Positions 56,756 to 64,000 of a stretch of DNA of 64,000 nt are shown piece by piece. Under the pieces are notes generated by a model that saw nothing but the letters and a program-made list of their open reading frames with translations, was not told where the DNA came from and made no database searches. A program made the position numbers and the translations under genes. This stretch comes from an uncultured delta proteobacterium (lineage in GTDB: Bacteria; Desulfobacterota; Desulfuromonadia; Geobacterales; DSM-12255). The stretch is taken from contig CAWBBV010000018.1 in assembly GCA_963787125.1 (NCBI GenBank), forward strand, positions 1-64,000. The letters run 5' to 3'. Numbering within the stretch: position 1 is the stretch's first letter; each line of letters begins with the position of its first letter.

Positions 56756-59383
56756 ATGGAATGGTTGTTCAAACCGCTCATCTGTTGCGAAGCAGTTATC
56801 TCTGCCCGGCAGCTCGTCCTTACGAGCTGCTCATTACCGGTGAAAAGTATCTACATGACGAAAATGAGTCAGCTTAAGATGATTGGAATACGGATTGCCC
56901 TGGCCCTGACCAGTGCAATCTGTCTGTTTGCACCGCTAACTGCAGCTGCTGCCGGGCAGGAGCTGCACACTGGGAATGCAGCTTTATTAGCGGTTCAAGC
57001 TCAGCTTTCGACTGCGGCAAAGCCGCAAAGGCCTGTGGCTATCCCTCTGGCCAATGTGGCAATACAGGCTGCCAAAGACCAGGCTTTTCTTGACAGTATC
57101 GATCCACTGGGGAGTGGGGATGCCGGAGTGCAGGGGATCCAAAGGCTACTACCTTCGTTCTCTGCCCAAATTGACCACGACATGGCGGAATTGAGAAAGG
57201 TCCTGCAACTATCGGTTTCACTGGGTAATCTGCAGGCACTGGAACAGCTCTGGGCCTCCAGGCAGCTTCTGCTCACTGAGTGGCAAAATGCATTGACCGC
57301 CCGGGCTGACCAGTTGCAGAGTGAGATGCTTCAACTTGCTGCACAGAAAAATTCCTGGGATCTTACCAGTAAGGTTGCCCTGTCCGGTAAAGCCCCGGCA
57401 GCTGTTGTCTCGCAGATTGATTCAATCCGGACAGCAATTCTAAATGCTATCCACCCTTTGGATACTCATCGCGGTTCGGTGTTAGTTCTTCAGGAGTCTG
57501 TTGTCAGACAGCAGACTCTTTGCGTCAAAGCACTGGCGTTGATTAAAGGCGCTCAAAAAGGGGCGTTGGCGGATATTCTGAAGCAGGATTCTGAGCCACT
57601 CTGGAGCTTAGGGCTTTTTAAGCCGGGCGGAATGAGCCCAGTCGATAAGGTCGGCAGTTTTATAGCTAATAATCGGGTTGACTTCATTACCTATTTCAGT
57701 TGGTCCTCCCGGGCATTTGTTGCCCAGATGGGGTTATTCACACTGCTGGCGATTATTTGTGTCTCCATTCGCCGCCGTATTGATTCATGGAAGGAGTCTA
57801 CAGAACTCCCTCCTGATATAGCTCTGTTTGAGGCACCATTCAGCGCGGCACTGGCAGTAGCACTCTTTATTGGTTCGTCGCCGCTCATGCGTTCTCCACA
57901 GGCTGTGCGGATGATAATGTCAGCGCTGACTATAGTGCCGATGATACTGCTTGTACAGACCATGGTCAACAGACGTCCACTCCCTTTACTTTACGTTCTC
58001 GGACTCCTTATTGCTGCCGATATCTTTAGACCGGTCATTGCCGGTGTCCCAGTGCTGGAGCATTTATTTCTGCTGTCTGAGGCGGTATGCGGAATTGCCA
58101 TTCTACTCTGGTGGCAGCGTAACTCTGCCACGCAGGGGTTGTGGCTGTATTTGCGTTCAACCACAGCTAGTTCAGCGGAAAATGAAAAGAGTCCCGAAAT
58201 AGGACATTTTGAGAAAAATGTAGCCTGGTTGATTATCCTGATACAGGGGACCAGTTTTGCCGCGGTCATATTTGGTTATCTCCATTTGGCACGACTGCTG
58301 ATGTCGGGAGTGTTAGTGGCATCAACTCTGGCTTTGGCACTCTTTGTCTTTGTGCAGATGCTGAACGGCATTGTTGCGATATCCTTTCGTTCCTGGCCCC
58401 TCATGCGCCTCCATATGGTCTCTTCCGCCGGAGATCTTTTGGAACGGCGGATTAATAAGATTCTTGTCTGGGTGGCAAGCATCATCTGGTTTGAACGCTC
58501 GCTGGACTATATCGGCCTGCTGAATTCGACTGTATCTTTTTGTCAGGCTGTGCTGTCGGCACGGCTGCAGCGGGCTGAATTCAGCATTTCCCTGGGAGAT
58601 GTGGCTGCTTTTGGGCTGACAGTCTGGCTGGCTTTCCTGCTGGCCTCATTCACCTGTTTCGTACTTAATAATGATCTTTTTCCACGGACAAAAACGTCAA
58701 CGGGAGCGTCCTATGCAATCTCCAGCCTGCTTCGCTACCTAATCATTCTTGCCGGTTTTATGGTCGGCATGGGAGAGTTAGGGATCGGTCTCAATCGGGT
58801 TGTTATTCTGATCAGCGCTTTTGGAGTCGGTATCGGTTTTGGACTGCAGAATATTGTCAGCAACTTTATCTCGGGTCTGATCCTGCTGTTTGAAAGACCG
58901 GTTCATATCGGCGATACGGTGGAATTCGGCACCGTTATCGGTGACGTCTGCCAGATCGGTATCCGCTCCAGTAAGGTACGGACCCATTCAGGAGCCATCA
59001 TCATTGTGCCTAACTCCCACCTGATTACTGAACAGGTTACCAACTGGACCTTCAGCGATCGACTCCGGCGCATCGACCTCGCGGTTGGTGTTAACTACGG
59101 CTCCGAACCCCGCAAAGTAATCGACCTGATGGAAGCGGTGGCAAGAGCCAATTCGCAGGTAATACTTTCGCCCGCCCCGGCCTGTTTTCTGATTAACTAT
59201 GGCGACAACAGTGTTAACTACGAGTTGCGTGTCTGGACAGATCAATTCAGTGACTGGTTTCAGATCCGCAGCGATCTGGCTGTAGCGCTCTATGATGCAT
59301 TACTGGCGGCTGGGATGTCATTCCCCTTCCCGCAGCGGGAAGTCAGGTTGGTCACAAATGATGCCACCCCCACTTTGTCATGA
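56756..59383 (+). CDS. large MscS/MscK-like mechanosensitive channel (start uncertain)
   Basis: GIGFGLQNIVSNFISGLILLFERP, VPNS, FPFPQR. Confidence 0.88.
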   Translation: MEWLFKPLICCEAVISARQLVLTSCSLPVKSIYMTKMSQLKMIGIRIALALTSAICLFAPLTAAAAGQELHTGNAALLAVQAQLSTAAKPQRPVAIPLANVAIQAAKDQAFLDSIDPLGSGDAGVQGIQRLLPSFSAQIDHDMAELRKVLQLSVSLGNLQALEQLWASRQLLLTEWQNALTARADQLQSEMLQLAAQKNSWDLTSKVALSGKAPAAVVSQIDSIRTAILNAIHPLDTHRGSVLVLQESVVRQQTLCVKALALIKGAQKGALADILKQDSEPLWSLGLFKPGGMSPVDKVGSFIANNRVDFITYFSWSSRAFVAQMGLFTLLAIICVSIRRRIDSWKESTELPPDIALFEAPFSAALAVALFIGSSPLMRSPQAVRMIMSALTIVPMILLVQTMVNRRPLPLLYVLGLLIAADIFRPVIAGVPVLEHLFLLSEAVCGIAILLWWQRNSATQGLWLYLRSTTASSAENEKSPEIGHFEKNVAWLIILIQGTSFAAVIFGYLHLARLLMSGVLVASTLALALFVFVQMLNGIVAISFRSWPLMRLHMVSSAGDLLERRINKILVWVASIIWFERSLDYIGLLNSTVSFCQAVLSARLQRAEFSISLGDVAAFGLTVWLAFLLASFTCFVLNNDLFPRTKTSTGASYAISSLLRYLIILAGFMVGMGELGIGLNRVVILISAFGVGIGFGLQNIVSNFISGLILLFERPVHIGDTVEFGTVIGDVCQIGIRSSKVRTHSGAIIIVPNSHLITEQVTNWTFSDRLRRIDLAVGVNYGSEPRKVIDLMEAVARANSQVILSPAPACFLINYGDNSVNYELRVWTDQFSDWFQIRSDLAVALYDALLAAGMSFPFPQREVRLVTNDATPTLS

Positions 59384-59465
59384 TAACGCTGTTTTTTTAT
59401 TCCAGTCAGCCGGTAATAATGGTATTAATTACCGGTATCCACAAAACAGATGCAAAGGGGGGGTT

Positions 59466-61031
59466 ATGAAACAATTTGTAGCTGCTGCCGCTTTAACCGC
59501 CGGTTTAGCAGGAACAGCCATGGCTGCTGACTTCCAGACAATCGGCACAATGGGTATGGGTGGTGCTGGCGTTGCCCGTGACATGGGGGCGTATGCACCC
59601 TACTGGAACCCTGCCGGGCTTGCCTTTGCGCCCAAATCTGTCAGTATGACAATCGGTGCCGGACTTGGCGCCCGGGTCAGTGATGGCCTTGCCGACAATG
59701 TTGACAGGCTGTCGAAGTTTACCCAAGGGAGCCCGAGCACTTTTGATAATCTGACCAAACTCAATACAGCTGTCGCTAATCCGACAGTTGTTGGAGAAAT
59801 TGTCAGTATGTTGACGGTAGTTAAGGATATTCACGATCAGCAGGGGGCACTCTCTGCAAACGCTGATGCTGCGGTGGGTTTCCAGGTTAAGAACTTTGGT
59901 TTCGGCGTTTTCATGTTAAGTGAAGGTTATGGTAAGACGGCGACAGTAGACTTGACGAACATTCTTCCGGAAAACAGTGGCGGTGTTGCCATTAGTTCAA
60001 ACGATCTGGTCACTTTTGCAGGTACAGGCAACGCGAATCAGACTTTTTTCTCGCCGGCACAGGTCACCCAGCTGCAAACAACTCTGACCGGTTTAGGCAT
60101 TACTGGCGCTTCACAAACGCAAGTGATCAATGCTTTCGGTAACAGCCTTTCAACGAACAAAAATCCCACTCTTCCGGGAGTAACTCCTGATCAGGCAGTT
60201 GCCATGTTTACAACTACGGTTGCACCGGCGTTCGCTACAGCGACCGGTACAGCGCAAAACATTAATAATAATAATAGTGCCGTCATGGTGAAAAACGTCC
60301 TCTTTACCGAATTTCCGCTTTCCTACGGACATGCCCTTGATATGGGTACTGCCGGCAAACTCGGTCTTGGCGCCACTTTCAAAGTTGTTAACGGCCGCGT
60401 TTATCAGACAAGAATCAGACTTATTGAAAACGGTCAGAGTGTCGACTCAAAAGATATTATTGATGGTTTAAAGGACAATTACGTGCAGAGCACCAGTGCT
60501 ACCTTTGATTTGGGCGTGCAGTGGCGGTATGCTGACTGGCTGTCTGTTGGCGTTGTCGGCAAAAATCTCACCTCACCAGCGTTCAAATCCCCGGACCTTA
60601 AAGATCAGAAAGGTCGCCTCGTCGATGCAAACGGCACGCCGACTGTAAATCCGTATCATGAGGATGATATTAAGCTCAAACCTCAGGCCAGAATGGGTAT
60701 TGAAATGAAGCCGTTAAGCTGGCTTTCCATTGCCGGCGATCTCGATTTGACAGAGAACGAATCAGTGTTGCAAGGTCTTAATTACAAGAATCAACAGCTT
60801 GGCGGGGGCATTGAGTTAAGCCCGGCGACCTGGTTTAAAATCCGTGGTGGTATGTATAAAAATCTTGCAAATTCAGAAGTTGGTCCAGTTGCGACCGCTG
60901 GTTTAACCTTCGGTTTCCCGGCTGTGCTCCTGGAAATTGACGGCGCTTACAGTCTGGATACAACAAGGTACGATAACCAGTTTTATCCAAAAGAGGCAAG
61001 AATTCAGACACAGCTTGTAATTCAGTTCTAA
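59466..61031 (+). CDS. outer-membrane protein of the TraF-like beta-barrel family
   Basis: Signal peptide, GMGGAGVA...YWNPAGL, C-terminal Phe. Confidence 0.75.
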   Translation: MKQFVAAAALTAGLAGTAMAADFQTIGTMGMGGAGVARDMGAYAPYWNPAGLAFAPKSVSMTIGAGLGARVSDGLADNVDRLSKFTQGSPSTFDNLTKLNTAVANPTVVGEIVSMLTVVKDIHDQQGALSANADAAVGFQVKNFGFGVFMLSEGYGKTATVDLTNILPENSGGVAISSNDLVTFAGTGNANQTFFSPAQVTQLQTTLTGLGITGASQTQVINAFGNSLSTNKNPTLPGVTPDQAVAMFTTTVAPAFATATGTAQNINNNNSAVMVKNVLFTEFPLSYGHALDMGTAGKLGLGATFKVVNGRVYQTRIRLIENGQSVDSKDIIDGLKDNYVQSTSATFDLGVQWRYADWLSVGVVGKNLTSPAFKSPDLKDQKGRLVDANGTPTVNPYHEDDIKLKPQARMGIEMKPLSWLSIAGDLDLTENESVLQGLNYKNQQLGGGIELSPATWFKIRGGMYKNLANSEVGPVATAGLTFGFPAVLLEIDGAYSLDTTRYDNQFYPKEARIQTQLVIQF

Positions 61032-61058
61032 CTTATAGTTAGTTCCGGTTGTTTTTAG

Positions 61059-61094
61059 AAGAGCCCTGCTCCGTTAGGAGTGGGGCTCTTTTTT
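61059..61094 (+). terminator. intrinsic terminator
   Basis: AAGAGCCCTGCTCC-GTTA-GGAGTGGGGCTCTTTTTT. Confidence 0.75.
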
Positions 61095-61161
61095 GCAAAC
61101 TTGCATCTCTGATCATTTTTGCTAATCTTTCATAGCAACATATCATTACTCTGGAGGTTTT

Positions 61162-62580
61162 ATGGCACGCATCACTTTTGGGACATCCGGTTGGCGGGGA
61201 ATTCTCTGTGAGGATTTCATTTTTGAGAATGTGAAAATAGTTACCCAGGCCATTGCTGATCACCTTATCGCTGCCGGTGAGAAGGGTGGAGTGGTAATCG
61301 GCTATGATCCCCGCTTTATGGGTGACAGTTTCGCCAGAGAGTCTGCCAGAGTTCTCGCTGCCGCCGGGCTTAAAAGTTACCTTTGCAATCGCGATACACC
61401 GACGCCGGTAATTGCCTTTGAAATCCTGCGTCGCAAAGCTGCCGGCGGTATAAATTTCACCGCCAGTCATAACCCGCCCGAATATAACGGCATTAAATTT
61501 TCTCCGGCTTGGGGCGGTCCGGCGCTGCCTGAAACAACTAAGGATATCGAGCGTCGCGCCAACGAGATGCTGGGGCAGATCTGCTATCGTGAATTGACCC
61601 TGGAGCAGGCTGCAAAAAAAGGTTTGCTGGAAGAGATCGATCCGCGGGAAGTGTATCTTGCCGACCTTGAGAATAAAATAGATTTCGAGGCAATCAAGAA
61701 GATTGGTGCCATAGGGGTAAATCCTCTGTATGGTGCTGCTCGCGGTTATCTGGATGCGCCGCTTATCTCCCGCGGGATTGATGTCCGCCTTATTAATCAG
61801 CACCGCGATCCGTATTTCGGCGGGTTTCCGCCTGAGCCGGCAGAAAAGTACATTCCCGACTTTATCAAACTGGTCAAGAGCGATGCGGCAATACGCCTTG
61901 GGATTGCCACTGACGGTGATGCTGATCGTTTCGGGATTGTTGACGCTGATGGCACCTACATTGAGCCGAACTACATTATTGCCTTGCTGCTGGATTATCT
62001 CATCAGGGTCAGAAAGATGAGTGGCGGCGTGGCGCGCAGTGTCGCCACTTCGCATCTTGTCGATGCTGTGGCAAGGCATCACGGCGTCGAGCTGTTCGAG
62101 ACCCCGGTCGGCTTCAAATATATCGGCGAACTCATCAGTCAGGACAAGATTCTTATCGGTGGTGAAGAGAGCGCCGGCCTCTCCATCAAAGGGCATGTGC
62201 CGGAAAAAGACGGCATTCTTGCCTGCTTCCTCGTGGCAGAGATGGTAGCGCGCGAAGGAAAAACAGTAGGGCAGCTTCTGGAAGAGCTTTACAGCAGGGT
62301 CGGGCGTTACATTACCAGGCGGGAAAACATAACGCTGTCGGCGGAGATTGAGGCGGCTTTCCCTGCCCGGGTCAGCGGCCTGCCTGCTGAAATAGCCGGC
62401 ACAAAGGTTGAAAATGTTATCAGGATTGACGGCACCAAGCTGGTTCTTTCCGACGGCAGTTGGCTGCTCTTCCGCAAGTCAGGGACAGAACCGGTGGTGC
62501 GTCTCTATGGCGAAGCCTCTTCTAACGGGCGTTTAGAGCAGATTATGAAAGCTGGTCGGGAGTTTATCCTTCAAGGCTAA
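61162..62580 (+). CDS. phosphoglucomutase/phosphomannomutase family protein
   Basis: FGTSG, TASHNP, DGDADR, GEES, RKSGTEP. Confidence 0.95.
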   Translation: MARITFGTSGWRGILCEDFIFENVKIVTQAIADHLIAAGEKGGVVIGYDPRFMGDSFARESARVLAAAGLKSYLCNRDTPTPVIAFEILRRKAAGGINFTASHNPPEYNGIKFSPAWGGPALPETTKDIERRANEMLGQICYRELTLEQAAKKGLLEEIDPREVYLADLENKIDFEAIKKIGAIGVNPLYGAARGYLDAPLISRGIDVRLINQHRDPYFGGFPPEPAEKYIPDFIKLVKSDAAIRLGIATDGDADRFGIVDADGTYIEPNYIIALLLDYLIRVRKMSGGVARSVATSHLVDAVARHHGVELFETPVGFKYIGELISQDKILIGGEESAGLSIKGHVPEKDGILACFLVAEMVAREGKTVGQLLEELYSRVGRYITRRENITLSAEIEAAFPARVSGLPAEIAGTKVENVIRIDGTKLVLSDGSWLLFRKSGTEPVVRLYGEASSNGRLEQIMKAGREFILQG

Positions 62581-62714
62581 AAGCCTTGGCGCGAAACGTG
62601 TAACATGCAATGACAATCAAGCCGGGTACGCAGAGCTGTAAGAAGACTAAAAATATCCTCTTTGCGTTCCGGTTTTTTTGCGCTATGATATGAAAAAAAT
62701 CGATGGGAGGAATC

Positions 62715-63578
62715 ATGTGGGATTATACCGATAAAGTAAAAGAGCACTTTATGAATCCGCGCAATGTCGGTGACATAGTTGATGCTGATGCAATAGGTGA
62801 AGTGGGGAGTCTTGCCTGTGGGGATGCGTTGAAGCTTTTCCTTAAGCTTGACGACAGTAAAGAGCATATTGTTGATGCCAAGTTCCAGACTTTCGGCTGC
62901 GGCAGTGCCATTGCATCTTCATCCGCCTTGACTGAGATGATCAAAGGGAAAACGCTGGACGAGGCGCTCCTTGTTACCAACAAAGAGATTGCTGACTTCC
63001 TGGGGGGACTCCCGGAAGAGAAGATGCACTGTTCTGTTATGGGCCAGGAAGCCCTGGAGGTGGCAATAGCCAAATTTCGTGGCGGTCCGATTCCGGTTCA
63101 TGGCCATGATCATGATCACGACCTTGAGCAGGAAGGGGAGATTGTCTGCAAGTGTTTCGGCCTGACCGACGGTTTTCTCCGCAAGGTTATCGTTCAGAAC
63201 CGCCTTCACACCGCCGAACAGGTAACTCACTTTACCAAGGCTGGTGGTGCTTGCGGTGGCTGTATTCCAAAGATCAAAGAGCTGATTGCCGAGGTGCTTG
63301 GTGAGCAGCAGAAGCTGGAATCAAAAAGGCCCGAGAAACTGACAAACCTGCGCAAGATGCAACTGATTCAGGAAGTGCTGGAGAATGAAGTCCGGCCGCA
63401 ACTCTGGGCTGACGGGGGCGATCTTGAGCTGATCGATATTGCCGGCAATAATGTGCAGATTGCCTTCCGCAAAGCGTGTGCAGGCTGTGCTTCTTCCGGC
63501 TACACCTCGAAATTTGTGGAGCAGAAACTGCGGGAACTGGTTGCTGACGATATCACGGTGGAGGAGGTACAGGGATGA
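62715..63578 (+). CDS. nifU: Fe-S cluster scaffold NifU
   Basis: IscU domain (ACGD, FGCGS, KMHCS), CKC...CGGC Bfd-like domain, Nfu CAGC. Confidence 0.95.
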   Translation: MWDYTDKVKEHFMNPRNVGDIVDADAIGEVGSLACGDALKLFLKLDDSKEHIVDAKFQTFGCGSAIASSSALTEMIKGKTLDEALLVTNKEIADFLGGLPEEKMHCSVMGQEALEVAIAKFRGGPIPVHGHDHDHDLEQEGEIVCKCFGLTDGFLRKVIVQNRLHTAEQVTHFTKAGGACGGCIPKIKELIAEVLGEQQKLESKRPEKLTNLRKMQLIQEVLENEVRPQLWADGGDLELIDIAGNNVQIAFRKACAGCASSGYTSKFVEQKLRELVADDITVEEVQG

Positions 63579-64000
63579 AAGAGATCTACCTCGACAATAA
63601 TGCCACCACCAAGGTTGATGAAGCGGTTTTTGAAGAGATGCGCCCTTATTTTACGGAGCTTTACGGTAATCCCAGCTCCATGCACTACTTTGGCGGACAG
63701 GTGCAGAAAAAGGTTGATGAGGCCAGGCAAAGGGTTGCTGCCCTTATCGGCGCCCATCCCGAGGAGATTATCTTTACCGCCTGCGGCACTGAAAGCGATA
63801 ATGCAGCCATCAAGTCGGCGCTGGAGGTTTTCCCCAACCGTCGCCACGTGATCACAACCCGTGTCGAGCACCCTGCAGTGCTGACTTTCTGCCGCGGCCT
63901 TGCCAAGCACGGTTATCGGGTCACTGAGCTTAATGTTGACAGTCAGGGCCGTCTGGATATGGATGAACTTCGTGCTGCCATTGATGAAAATACGGCAGTT
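63575..64000 (+). CDS. nifS: cysteine desulfurase NifS (runs off the window)
   Basis: MKEIYLDNNATT...YGNPSSMH...TACGTESDN...VEHPAV; ATGA overlap with nifU. Not in the ORF track. Confidence 0.93.
   Translation, partial: MKEIYLDNNATTKVDEAVFEEMRPYFTELYGNPSSMHYFGGQVQKKVDEARQRVAALIGAHPEEIIFTACGTESDNAAIKSALEVFPNRRHVITTRVEHPAVLTFCRGLAKHGYRVTELNVDSQGRLDMDELRAAIDENTAV

Noticed and set aside
25050..59460. attL/attR direct repeat of the tRNA-Leu 3' end and an island integrase
   Set aside because: No second copy of CCCGGGCACCA and no tyrosine or serine integrase was found by eye, so island boundaries remain inferred.
59466..61031. TraF-like gene as evidence of a conjugative element
   Set aside because: No other tra genes, relaxase or coupling protein; it reads as a stand-alone outer-membrane barrel next to core genes.
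61039..62196. 385-aa antisense ORF and similar overlapping ORFs throughout
   Set aside because: They overlap well-supported genes on the opposite strand or in another frame and lack motifs.
62612..62621. third GACAATCAAG matching the IS target repeat
   Set aside because: No IS ends nearby; likely a chance match.
62715..64000. nifU/nifS as a nitrogen fixation cluster
   Set aside because: No nitrogenase genes nearby; NifUS commonly serves general Fe-S assembly in anaerobes.
1..64000. CRISPR arrays, rRNA genes, c-di-GMP/cGAMP riboswitches
   Set aside because: No regularly spaced repeats or convincing motifs seen by eye; a covariance-model scan would be needed to exclude riboswitches.

Overview
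Chromosomal window that looks Geobacteraceae/Desulfuromonadales-like, judged from the short PilA-N-type pilin, the multiheme cytochromes and the gene order. Core blocks: bioF-bioH-bioC under a BirA-type operator, a GAF-PilB/GspE ATPase, a pentaheme cytochrome with a MacAB-type ABC transporter, pheA-tyrA-aroA-cmk-ispH-rpsA-ihfB-tRNA-Leu(TAA), and pgm-nifU-nifS. There are two accessory regions. (1) A ~3.3 kb insert between two ABC permease genes carries toxin-antitoxin genes, a RAYT fragment and several decayed attC-like sites. (2) A ~34 kb region after tRNA-Leu carries two exported Cys-type sulfatases, outer-membrane barrels, a DUF1254/1214 protein, a HAD phosphatase, a FixL/FixJ-like system, an octaheme cytochrome-HEAT-TPR protein, pqiAABC, two MscS genes and an attC-flanked class D beta-lactamase. 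The best candidate for an undescribed system is an anaerobic sulfatase maturase translationally coupled to a PPIase-less trigger-factor paralog. This pair sat directly upstream of a sulfatase gene before a frameshifted DDE IS inserted between them. All calls come from reading the sequence and motifs by eye; no database searches were run.
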